From Perkinsus chesapeaki ATCC PRA-425 (lineage: Eukaryota > Protista > Perkinsozoa), in contig JAAPAO010000357.1 of assembly GCA_013115145.1 (NCBI GenBank), positions 1-36,844 of the forward strand: 36,844 nucleotides of DNA. Reading direction: 5' to 3'. This document shows, piece after piece, positions 12,227 to 23,656 of the stretch (position 1 is the stretch's first letter; every line of letters begins with the position of its first letter). The notes beneath the pieces are model-generated. The model was not told the DNA's origin. It saw only the letters and a list, made by a program, of their open reading frames with translations, and did not search any database. The position numbers were made by a program, and so were the translations under genes.

Positions 12227-12301
12227 GTTGAATAGCTCAACTGGTAACTCTCCACGTTAGTATAATGAAGGGCGTTGGTTCGAACCCTTGCACAGTGAAC
12301 A
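12226..12301 (+). pseudogene. Degenerate full-length tRNA-like element (A-box and B-box at canonical spacing)
   Basis: TAGCTCAACTGGTA at 12233 and GGTTCGAACCC at 12277; the T8-to-G53 distance is 45 nt. Stems pair poorly, so it is unlikely to be a functional tRNA. Confidence 0.5.
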
Positions 12302-12368
12302 TTTATCAACACGAGAATTAGTAATAAGAGAAACTTTCCAAATTCAATTCACTATTCTTTCCAACTAA

Positions 12369-14911
12369 TCAAGCGTAAGGATACGCATCTAGGGTCAGCG
12401 AAGTGTCATAATCTGAAATGAAAAAATGCCTCTCCCGGGATTCGAACCCTGGACCTTCAGCCCTTACCCATCGGCAGCAACCCTCTTGACTTGAAGACAT
12501 CTTCAAATCGGTTCATAAACCAATTGAATGATTTACATTGTAATTCTTGCCTTAATGCCTTCCTCTTAGTCACATCACCCATACCATTTAGCACCTTATA
12601 TGCATGCTCATCCGTTTGATAGTACCTCAACAACTTATTGTCAAACCGCCAAGATCCTCGAAAATCTTACCTATCCTTCCACTCATCAAACCATACCTCC
12701 ACTGTACCTAATACACAATCACTCATTCTCACGCGCCACGAAATTCACCGCGCCTTACGAATCTTGTTAACATACACTGTGGTGTCATTAACCTTATAGG
12801 GGAACTTGGGACGGAAGAGATGTGCAACTCGACTGTCCCGAGCAACAACAATCTCACCACCACACATCCAAACTCGAACCTAACACCAACGAAAACGGTA
12901 TGCATGAATCGCCTCGCTCCGCTTGCTTACTGATTGCTCAATATTTTCAGCACCATATAGAAGCATATCATAGTCATACTCTCCAGACTCATGCCACCAC
13001 TTTTTGGTAATAGCGTAGAGACCGCCACTCATGACAGGAACCTTTATGGAGATATCCAATGACCCAGGTTCGATCCCCGGCAGCGACATACCTCATCATT
13101 ATGATCTTCAAACCAGCTAAACTGCAGCCCCCAATCGAACATCATTTTAACACCTGGCTCATCTCCTTGGACCTGGCAACCCACCCTCTGGTGATGCCTT
13201 TAATGGAATCCTATTACCTCCCACGTATCACCATTAAGTCTCGGTATCAACGGCACGACCAAACGTTTGTAGTTCTCATTCGTGTGTTTGAACATCGGAC
13301 GCTCCCAACCAGGAGAGGGTTTAACATGGCAATCGAGGAACATTACCTGAATTTCGTGGCGCAGTGAAACGAAGGAGGACGCAGTCTTTGAAAGCCAGTC
13401 CTCAGACTGGTATCCGGTAATAAGTATTACCATATCTCCCACTGCAGCATTAGCACCAGCCATACGAGCTCGAATCAATCCTTGGGACTGCTCATGACGG
13501 ATGAGACGGACCTGTTGTTGGAAGTTGTTGTCCGACTGATTGCCGTTAATATACAATCCACATGAAGGTTACGTAATGCTGTCTAATACGATCGGTGATG
13601 CCCACCGAGGTACTTTAAGCCACAGCTGTCCCTCAACACCAATGATGAAATTTACGGATGATAGGGGAATTGAACTACTAGTATTGAGAAACTTGCAACC
13701 GGCGGCACTGGGTTAAAAGATTGCATAACACCGACATGAGGTGCAATGTTCCGTGCGTTGAGCACGAGAGCGGTGCCAATAACACATGCCTGACAAAGGC
13801 TTCCAATTTGTATTAGTTACATCACCAGCAATGAGAAGTTATGATGGCTGGTCCCTTTGATTTCAAGCCCCCTGTCGCCCATAACGTTTCCATCCCCCGT
13901 TACCGAGAGTAAGTATCCCCACGTGAGCGACTGCTGCTGCTGATGGTGGTATCCCCCAAAGGTTATCGGTTCATTACCTTATCCCTATATTCAGCAAGTA
14001 ACGGCTCCATAGGTGGTATAGAACCATCATCCACCAAGATAACCTCCTTCAATCGACGACTTGGGGTATTCTTAAACACCGAATCAACGGTCCCTAATGA
14101 GGGAGGGAGAATGAAAGTGCTTATAGTGCAGAAAGGGGATCATTTCATGGGCCTTCACGAACCCCTGCTTAAAAGGGGCAAGTAACACTCCTATTGCAGA
14201 TAAGTGAAATGATACGAGGAAGAGCAGATGCATTCATTCTGAGCTAAAGATACGTTCTTACTGTAAAGATATTTATGCTCATTCCGTCCGACCAATACAA
14301 CACTCATCGTTTGAATGTGTGTTGGCCAATGTAACGACTGTGCGCCACCTGGAGGAGTCCAAAGGGGCTCGAAGGAGGAGGGTGGTTCGGTGGATATGAG
14401 GGCACGATGAACCCACTCATCTGCGGTAGAGGACATCAGAATCGATGACTGAATGCCGAGGAGGGCTGCTAGCAGGAATGGATAGGGAACTGAAAAGAGC
14501 ATCTTAAAGTTGACCGTGCAAGATACAAAAGAGGTTACTTGATGGTTTCTTTAGCCGATAATCATCGGTTTGATTCCAATGTATAGCCAACATAGCATAA
14601 GGTGATAGAGCTGCCAATAACAAAGCAAGTCCTCCAGTGACAGCACCATCAACCTTAGATTCATCCGATAACTTCACAGAGGCCAATCCGACACGATCCT
14701 CAACTGGCAGGCCAGCATCGGCGAACGGTGTGGAGAGCCACCACTCTCTTATCCACATTTTCCAAGCCCAAACAAGCAGCATTGGTATAGCTGGTATCAA
14801 TAGTCGAATGATAAGGTCTTTAGAGGATGCTATATAGGAATCATCAGGCAGGGCGGGCTCAGAGGGCTCGGAGACTCGAGGGCGACGAGCTTTACGGGTT
14901 GAGGGCGGCAT
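12369..14911 (-). CDS. Polypeptide N-acetylgalactosaminyltransferase (GT27/GALNT-like), multi-exon, no recognisable C-terminal ricin lectin domain
   Basis: Spliced motifs SVVLVGRNE..LY|RTVDSV, EVILVDDGS, GLIRARMAGA, FLDCH, FDWGLQFSW, PVMSGGLYAI, YDYDMLLYGAENIEQS|VRVWMCGG, VAHLFR, GDVTKRKALRQELQCKSFNWF. The stop is at 12369-12371. Confidence 0.85.
12427..12460 (-). other. tRNA 3'-half sequence inside GALNT intron 12413-12467 (sense)
   Basis: CTGA AGGTC CAGGG TTCGAAT CCCGG GAGAGGC A followed by T6. Confidence 0.8.
13061..13088 (+). other. tRNA 3'-half sequence inside GALNT intron 13042-13091 (antisense to host)
   Basis: GAC CCAGG TTCGATC CCCGG CAGCGAC A. Confidence 0.75.
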
Positions 14912-15050
14912 GAAAAATTAATGGAATGACTGGAAAAGGTTTACCTCAATAGATTACTACAACGGAGTTCAAGTGTAAAGAATCTGAGGAAAGTCACCCT
15001 ACAACTTTCAATAAGGGCCACCACACTAGCATAAAACTACGCTGGTAATG

Positions 15051-15083
15051 GAAAGGACTCGGGTTCGAACCACACAGGGGGCA
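15051..15083 (+). other. Degenerate tRNA 3'-half inside GT...AG-bounded 51-nt segment 15045-15095 (host transcript unresolved)
   Basis: AGGAC TCGGG TTCGAAC CACAC AGGGGGC A TTT; T-stem pairing is only 2/5. Confidence 0.5.
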
Positions 15084-15434
15084 TTTCTCTCCCAGAAAAT
15101 CCAACATTGTTTTTTTGCGGTGGTCCGCTGCAAGATACTATAATGGGGCTGCGGATCATCCCGGTACTAAATCCGATCACTCCGGCACTATGACCCTTCA
15201 TGAGCTTCCATGCTGCCGTCAACGGAATGAATTATATGACAATGCTTTTGAATGCACTTTTAACGTGTTTAGTGACAGTTGGCAAATACAACGGGATCGG
15301 CGGCGGCCCGACACTGCAGAGGTACTGACTGCGGGGTTCTGATTAATCGATTCTCGAGAATGTTGGTATGAAGAGGAGGGGAGTACGTAATTGATGCTTG
15401 CTTAGTTTGGGTTGTTTCATTTATTATTATTATT

Positions 15435-16807
15435 ATGACGTCGTGGTTGGCTCGACTTGGCGGTAAATCATCCTCTGAGGAGGAAGAGCCAGCAACGGTT
15501 GCACACATGGGGGAGGCTAATAAAATGTAGTATCTAAGGTTGAACCATGCAAGATACGGAACAGCCCAAACTCACAAGGTACTATGATGAGAAACGTAAA
15601 CGATGGGTTGAGCGAGGAAAGGAGGATGAAATTGAGGAAGAAGAGGAGCTGAAGCCTCCCCCACTGGCATTCACCAAACGCGAGGTACGTTAGTGTGTTT
15701 CAGGGCCATAGCACTGGCTTCGGTGTCGGAATATATGATAGCTCACCATATGCGTACACAACCACAAGGGGATAAGACAACTACATATAGTACTGGGTAA
15801 CCAACACTGCAGCAGCAGCAGCCAGCAGATGTTCGTGAAAGTCTATCCTGGAGTCGACGGGGAATACACCACTTCCTCTACGCGCTCACTTTTAGGCTCC
15901 AGCCGACTCGGCACCGGCGACGGGAGGTACCGATTTCATGGCGCAGTTGACAAGACCAGTGGCACTGGGCTCAGGTAATAATGAATCTTAGGTTGAAGCA
16001 TGCACCGTATCTCTTAGCTCGATCACGGTACGTTGATCCCTTTGCGAGTATGGGGGCTGCTAGTTCATCATCGTCTGAGCCCCCGGCCAGCAAAGAGCCC
16101 CCGAAACTCCTGCCTCCGCCCAATCCATTCGGAGGTGAGAGCCTTGTTTCAGTTTCCAGCTTCCAAGTATTTTCAGGACTGTTACCTGGTCCGCCAACTT
16201 TAGCTGAAGAAGGAAATGATGATGAGGTGATAAGAAAAGGGGGAGGGTTGAGTGATGAAATGGGTGACAGGAATCGACCTCACCGAAGATTCACAAGGTT
16301 GAACCGGAAGAAGATACGTCTAAGGTTCATGAAGTAAGGATTCTCGAGGCGAACGGGTATAGTAGCTGTCCGTCAGCTTCCTTGTTTTGGGTCGCATCTT
16401 GGAATCTCGACTGTCAAATTCGTCCTTACTCGTGGTGGGACTTGGACGTAAAATGTTCATTGGAGTTTCATTCGAATCTTCCTGTACTTACATACCGAAA
16501 GCGCGACGTACTCCTCGGCGCGAGTAAAAAAGCAGTATGGATGGGGAAGCATAGTTCCTCGGACTTGTGGGAAGTTTGGTAGAATTTATTGAAACACTCG
16601 TATTCTCGTGATGTTACCCGATTACATATTTTCAGGAAACCGCTCCACAGGCTCCAGCAGCAGCGGAGCCCTCAATGCCCCCAGTGCAGGCTAAGGTAGT
16701 AAGAACGGTATTATGTGGCGCGTGACGATTGGGACCAATGGACACTTGTGATCTACCGAATATTCATCCGGCATTAGGCTGATAAGATACGCGAAAAGAT
16801 GGGATAA
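15435..16807 (+). CDS. Protein carrying Sec16 C-terminal-like motifs, multi-exon
   Basis: Spliced MGEANKM|YYDEKRKRWVERG..EEEELKPPP and ARSRYVDPF, both typical of Sec16 C-termini. The 3' end is uncertain. Confidence 0.5.
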
Positions 16808-16835
16808 TTCCCGCGATTCCTCTGCGGTAGTATCT

Positions 16836-19800
16836 TTGACCACTCCTGACGTACGTCGGAAGGGTAGGTGTTCCTCCTCCTCTTCCGAGGTGAGCCCGAT
16901 CAAACCCACTCCTACTCCAATGGTCTCGTTGCACTCGCAGCTCATCGTAGAGGATGTTGTGGATGACTTAATGGTCATCTGGGATGCTGGAAAATTAGGA
17001 TTATTAACAACAAACTTAAAGCAAAACATCGAGCTGAATGTTAAATCGTTAATAATGAATTTCGGCCGGATTACTGTTTGTAGGAGGCAATTGTGTGTGG
17101 AGTTTTGTGGCGCGCGACTTGGCTGTTGGCAGGTAGAGTCACCTCCGTTGCCACCGCAAGACTCGGAGACCATCCAGCGACCACCGAAGGATGAATCTTT
17201 GGAAGAAGAGCCTGATAGATCTGATGGTGGCGATGATGATGTTTGGGAGGCTCCTGCATGGGGACAGGAGATAACTCCTCCCGCAGCAGTTGTTGAAGAG
17301 GAGGCGGAGCTGGACTTTGACGATATTCTGGGAGGCAACGCTTGGGAGCCCGAGAATAAGATTATGGCTAGCTCACCACAGCTGCGGGAGAGGGAAGCTG
17401 AGGTGCCGAGCAGCCCTGAGAGATTTTCTAATGATAAGGCAACCGCGTCATCACCTTTAAAGGTGCATTTGCGGAGCGAAGCGATTTTTTTTATTTAGTT
17501 GTTTTAGGCGGCTTCTGGTGGTGGGAGAGAGGAACAACTTGGATGGGGCGCGTTATTGTCGAATGACGAATGGGCAGAGCATGAGAGTGGATGGACGGTG
17601 GTGGCTGAAGATAAGGGTAAGGATTGGAGAAGGGGAGACAGACATTGTGTAGCGGATTGCAGGCAACGAAGGACAGGAGGAAGAAGAAAAACAAACGAAT
17701 GACCGCGCGCCAGGTAATTGAGGTTTCTGGTTCGGTGGGGAGCAACGGTATGATCGGTTAATAGGCATTGAATTCAGAGACGTCCTTTCGAGCGATTGCT
17801 AAATAGGATTGTTAAATCGGATTAGAGGGAGCTTACTTTACCGTAGGTGCAGCAGCGTCATCGTCACCCATGGCATCAGAAGTAGGCAAGGAAGAAGGGA
17901 AGGAGGAAGAAGGTACTGAGAGGGAGGCAGGTTAAAGGGAATTTAAGGAGGTTCAATACTCATACTATGACACTGGTTTACCTTTCTATAATTAGCTCTA
18001 TATAATTTCCATTTGCATCTGAAGGGTGTTGTGGGTGGTCTTAGTAAAGAGTAGGGAGCGCTTAACAGAGTAAGGGAAAGGGATGACGGGAATGATAGGA
18101 CTCTGGCCGCAGGGCGATCTCCCGGGATGGTCGGGAAGTCCATCAGGGGAGCTGTGATAAGTTATGAATATTAGAGCTTGGGGGGACCTGCGGCTTTGTT
18201 GATGAAATGGGTTTGTTATTCGGAGGTTGCAGGTGCACCGTCATCACCGACACTAGAAGCCTCTGGAAAATATAGGCAAGAGAAAGAGGGTAGTATCGGG
18301 TGACAGGATGGAGACCGCCGCCGCATTTATTAGTTCACTATTGAAGTAATGTCGTTAGAACTGATCTGATGGGAGGGACGCTTCGGGTATTTTCTTATGG
18401 CTTGTGTGTAATATTGATCACTCTAGAAGGATAATGTCTGAGGGTCCATCTGCACGTCGAAACTGCAATATCGGGCGGACGTTTACAATCTGGCCGAATG
18501 CTGAAATTGCCTTCTCATTCTTTGGCTGCTAGGTTGAGAAAGCTTGTTAGGATTGCCTCTAGTAGGATTCCCGATAATTATAGATACGACACCACGTCAG
18601 CCTTCAATGGTGGCAGCAGATGAAGAGAAGGAGGAGGAAGAAGAAGAAGGTACTGAGGTCTATACGGGCACTTCGGGGGGATACGAGCAATAGGGAAGTT
18701 CAATAAAATACATGGGGCGTGATGTGGAGGCAATTGCCTAACGAAAGCAGGTATTGGTTAGTGATAAGTTGTTGTTAGTCGTTGCTGAGCCGACTTCTGT
18801 GGAGGTGGATAATCAGCCACGGAATGGTGGCGATGTGAAAGAGAAGGAAAAGGCTGTAGAAGAGAGTGAGGCATCTGAAGGCGAAGAGGAGAAGTCATCA
18901 TCCGATGTCATCGGTGAGGCTATCATGATGATAGGACGGTGCAACGTATGGGACGTAATTTGTGAAATACACCGGGAGTCGGCAGAAGACTGGCACATGA
19001 GAGCGACGAAATGGGAATCAAAATCAGCATGATAAAGAAACATCAGACTCTCAACCACCACTGCTGCAGACTTTAGGGATTAACGTCTCCTGCATCTCAT
19101 AGATCACACTGGTTTGTGGGAGCTCGAATAAGCGTGCTCAGATTCACCTCCTACCTCATCAGTAGTATCGGATAACTCGGGAGTGGAGGAAAGCGGCGAG
19201 GATAAGGAAGGTAGTTTGGAGGAAGGAGCGGTATGGACAAGGGGTTGAATTCAGGGATTGACGAAGAAGTCAAACGGACAACATCTGTCGATTTTTTCGA
19301 TCAAATTCTGGGCGAAGTTGACGAGAAACCAGCAAGTGAGCCAAAACAGGAGGAGGAAGATATGACGCCTAAGAGGGGTAGGACAGGGAGAGGCGGCTGG
19401 AGGAAAGTACGGTTAACAGACATACCTGAAGCACCTCCGATGATGCTGAGAACACCATCACCACCAACGATTCCAGCGCCGACATTACCGTTGATGTTGC
19501 CGAAGACACCGGAGAGCAGTGAGGAAGGGAATAAGGAAGGTTATAAGGGGGTAGAGGGTTAGAGGGATGTTTTAGTGATAATAGAGAGCGAAACTTACAA
19601 TTTAACACTTGGGAGAAATTCTCGGGTATCCTTGGATGAAGTGCACCTTGGTATTAACTAATTTAATCATAGTCGCTTAATAACATGTGTCACGAAGCCC
19701 GGTCACCGAGGGAATCGAATTGAGCATTACCCTTAGCTCTGCTAATTCAGAACTAGACGGGAATAGTCATCGCTTTCGATGAGTAAGTTTGAGGGTATTA

Positions 19801-21028
19801 AGCTTGTTGGAGAATCCTCCAAATGCTCCTAAAGGCTGGATCATTTTCCTTTTGCTGCTGTTGCTGCTAGTAGATTGAGGTATCCATCAGGTGCGGCGGA
19901 GGCGGCGGCGGTGGTGACGGATGGTGGGTATTCAAGTGATGGTGGGCATGCTTCAAGTACACCACGAGCAGCAGAGTCTGCAAGCATAGCACCGACAAAG
20001 GCGCCTTGGAGGGTAAAGTCAAGTGATAATAAACGAACTAGACAAAGGAGTGTCTCTGGTAGGGCGGAGCGAAGGCATCTTTAATTCATAATTCAGTTGG
20101 TTCAGATGTTTTGTTACCACCATCGGCGACTGGCTCAAACAGTCCAGATACAGGCAGTCGAGGGGATCTCAGCAGCAGCCGACCACCTCCGTCACCAGGT
20201 ATGGCGAATTTGAGGATCTGACCGTGTAGCTTTTCATCTGTTTAGTTCATTCCACAAGGGATTCATTCGATAGAACATATCGTGCAAGAATAGCTGATCA
20301 CAGCAAGCGGATACAATATATAGAAGAGAAAATGTAATGTGGGCGCGGGGGAGGGGGTTGAGGGGGGATCAGGGGGGTCCTCTATGGGATAATAAGAGGG
20401 GTTGCTATGCCGAATACTCACATTTACAGCTCGCTCACTCTCAGCTTTATTTTGCAAGGGTCTCTTGATAGGGTACAGTCCCAATGACGACTCATTTTGT
20501 ACTTCAAAGGGCGGCTATTGTTGAGTGATTGGAGTCCACGAAGGGTTTTACAAGAACAAGCAAGCTTTGCTGCAAGCTTCTAGACAAACACGCAACCTGT
20601 TTTGCTGTACGATCCTGAAATTTACTTGATAGGACGGAGGGTTCCCATAGGCTTTAGCGATTGTATTCACGAATTATGATATTGATGTAAGCTGGATGAT
20701 GATAAGGTATAAGGCTGCTGTTAGGTGTGACCATGGTAATGCATTCGAAGAGTTTATTAAAAAGAATTCTGATATGATGATGGAGATGAAAGATAACATA
20801 AAGGAGTTGCGGGATGAAGTTGATGGGCAGCAGAAGTCAGTGAATGAGGAGCTACGAGGGAAGATAGAAGAGCAGAGGAAGCAGTTGGTGGAGGTTAATG
20901 AGGCGAAGGAGAAGCAAGAAGAAGTACTTAATGAGTTGAGGAAACAGGTAAATAATAGAGGGAGAAGCTTTAGGGAAATAGAGGGTGGGGTGATGGGTAT
21001 AGTGAACTTATTGATAGTACTTTGGTAA
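16836..21028 (+). CDS. Low-complexity Glu/Ser-rich protein, multi-exon, possibly ending in the coiled-coil ORF at 20696-21028; gene boundaries uncertain
   Basis: Acidic ORF pieces are joinable by GT-AG introns (e.g. 17463-17507, 20059-20096). The terminal ORF has a heptad-like E/K/Q-rich pattern. Confidence 0.35.
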
Positions 21029-21300
21029 CGTAACTCATTAACTACTAATAATTTTATTTATAATAAAAATCTCTATTTATATATTAATAATAGACTTATA
21101 AGTATATACATTATATATTGCCTTTATATTGATCTTCATATTATTAATAATCTACTAAGATGTAGATATTTATATAAGTATTTAATAGATAGTTTATACT
21201 AAATTAATACAATACATTATAGTATTTAATATTATATAATGTAATCCTATCATATATAAATGTTATAGAGTTAAGTAGTTTAAAAGTTGAAATAGAGGAT
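21029..21300. other. Extremely AT-rich island
   Basis: Visibly almost G/C-free stretch with sharp borders against flanks of moderate GC content. Confidence 0.85.
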
Positions 21301-21509
21301 GTGAAAGAATAGTCACTCCCGTTCTTTCCCGTTTGGTCTGTCTTTGAGCTCAAGTTGCTCTACTCGGTAAAGTGAATCCTAATTGGAAAATTGACGAAAA
21401 ATTATGAAAAATTTTCCCGTAATTTCCTCCTCTGGTCGACACTGCTTTATCTGGATCGATGGGCTTTCATTAGGTGGCAGAATTGTCATCGACTGTAGCA
21501 GCAGCTAAG

Positions 21510-23297
21510 ATGGCTAATGAGGTCGATGATGATACTCTAATGAAAGATTTGCCGGACTTCATTCGAACTCGCGACAGAGAGGATATCCTGGCATTTGTAC
21601 AGAACTTACTCAAAGCAAAGAAGAAGCAAGAGGCGATGGTAACTTATAATTTTGAGGCGCGCGGTTTTTATTCATTTCCTTTGCTAGTATCAATCTCGAA
21701 TGGAAACTGGTTCGGTGTATTCCCAGAGGTCACGATCGGTGATGCAAACTCGAAATGCCGGCGGACGAGGCCAACAGGGGGGAGACTCCTCATCGCCGGC
21801 ATCATCGATAAGCAGGATACGTCGAGCCGGAAGCAGTACTAATAAATGGTAGCGAGTCATCATGCTTCGCTCCGTCGGCTCCGTATTTTTATTTTAGGCA
21901 ATCCAAGAGGGGAAATCGGTCGTTTATGTCGGGGCCAAGTCGATCATATCCAGTTCGATCATTCCATCGGTTGATGGAAGAATATGATAGCGACGATGAT
22001 GATGCTGGCAGAGATGATCTTATTTGCTCACCGGAGGGGGGTGCCGACACTGCTGCAGCATCGCCTACGTCCGACATGGACGATAGTCATCTGTCCGAAA
22101 TTCACAGCAGTTCAGGTAGATCAAACGTAGCGGCTTATCGAGAATTGATTATTTTTGGTTGTTATTCCTCAAATAATACTATTTATCAACCTTTGTGAAT
22201 TATTATCACCTTTCCTTGTTAGCATTGATTGCTCGCCTCGACTATCTCGGTAACCAGTGCCAGTACTCGGTACCATCATCGACGGGTAGAGAGGAAACAG
22301 AAGCAGCAAGAACGACGCTTGAGGATGGTGCAACATCGACCGATCCAGCGGTTGCTTCGGCTTTCGCCAAGGTGAGATGCCGCCGCTGGGAATTTAACTC
22401 GGATGGTTTATTTTTAGACTATGGAAGTGATATCGTTTTCGTGGGACTCGTCGGCGTTGCCACGAAATCCCCTTTTGACGAAATCGACGCTTTTTAAGGC
22501 CTTCTCGTATATGCCTGCCAAGCTGGAGGAGGTAGAAGTGTGCGCATGCGTGCATAATACCATACTTCCCTTCGCTGATAACGTCAGTTACTGAAAGGCT
22601 CTACAAGGTCACCTTTGTCGAGTGGGATGCAGCGACAGGTTCGAGCGATGCTGGGCGCCATGTGGAATATCACTTTAAATGAGGATTCATCAGAAAACCC
22701 GATACTTATTCAAGGTTACATCTCTGCCTCCGTCACTGCGCCACGAAATTCCTTCAGGATCCGAGCTGCTGCCGAGTTTGGTACAGGTTCTGGCGCGTTA
22801 TTCGGTCGATGATCGTGACATATGCAAGAACGCATGTGGCTTGTTATTAACACTCATGACGAATGATAGCAAAGTGAGGGGAACGCTGCAAAGAAAGACA
22901 CTTTTCTTGCGGGGTGATGGCGTTCCGTAATTGTGTTATTATTTCAGTTGTGTCGGGATTTCCTCGCAATCGACGGAGGGCTCAGCGTCCTTACTTCAGT
23001 ACTCAGAACTCACAAGTTCGAACAGGAAGATGCAGCAACTGAGCAAGTAAGTCACGCGCCAGGAAATTATATCTACGATGTCTTCCTTGTCAGGCGTTGC
23101 AATGTATTTTCCTCCTCGCTACGGTGGTGCCCGAATGTCGTCCAACGATCGCTAGCCAGATTGATCGATTCACTCTCGATCGGTTGCAGGGCATCAGGCA
23201 TGCCTCGAGGCTTAGAGATATACTATATCGATCGTCATCCTCGTCGAACTCGAAATCGAAGTTTTTGGCGCCCCCGGTGCCGCCGCGTCACCAGTGA
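21510..23297 (+). CDS. ARM-repeat-containing protein, multi-exon
   Basis: Spliced segments AMLGAMWNITLN, LVQVLARYSVDDRDICKNACGLLLTL and GGLSVLTSVLRTH are ARM-like; intron 22715-22757 restores the frame. Confidence 0.55.
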
Positions 23298-23656
23298 GAT
23301 ACTTGGAACATTGAGGGATATGTACAGTGTGTCGTTGTTTTTTCTCTATCGCTCCTCCTCCTCCTCCTCCTCAGCCTCTTCGAGGCAGCCACTGAACATA
23401 CAGTGTCTCTTTAAACACTCTGTTGTGTTTACCAAGGAGTATTTTACTCGATAGTGATGATTGCTTTACCATTTTTGTTTCTATTAGTGCGTATTGTTTA
23501 AACCTTCAAATCCTCTGCTTCGGAGGTCTACATTGATTAAATCACTGCTACTATGAATTGAAAGCGAATGCATTCCCAATGCATCATCTTGACCTTATGT
23601 GAGCTTTAGAATGTTCGCTCTTTGACCCGATTCACTATCAGCTATTGGTTTGACTA

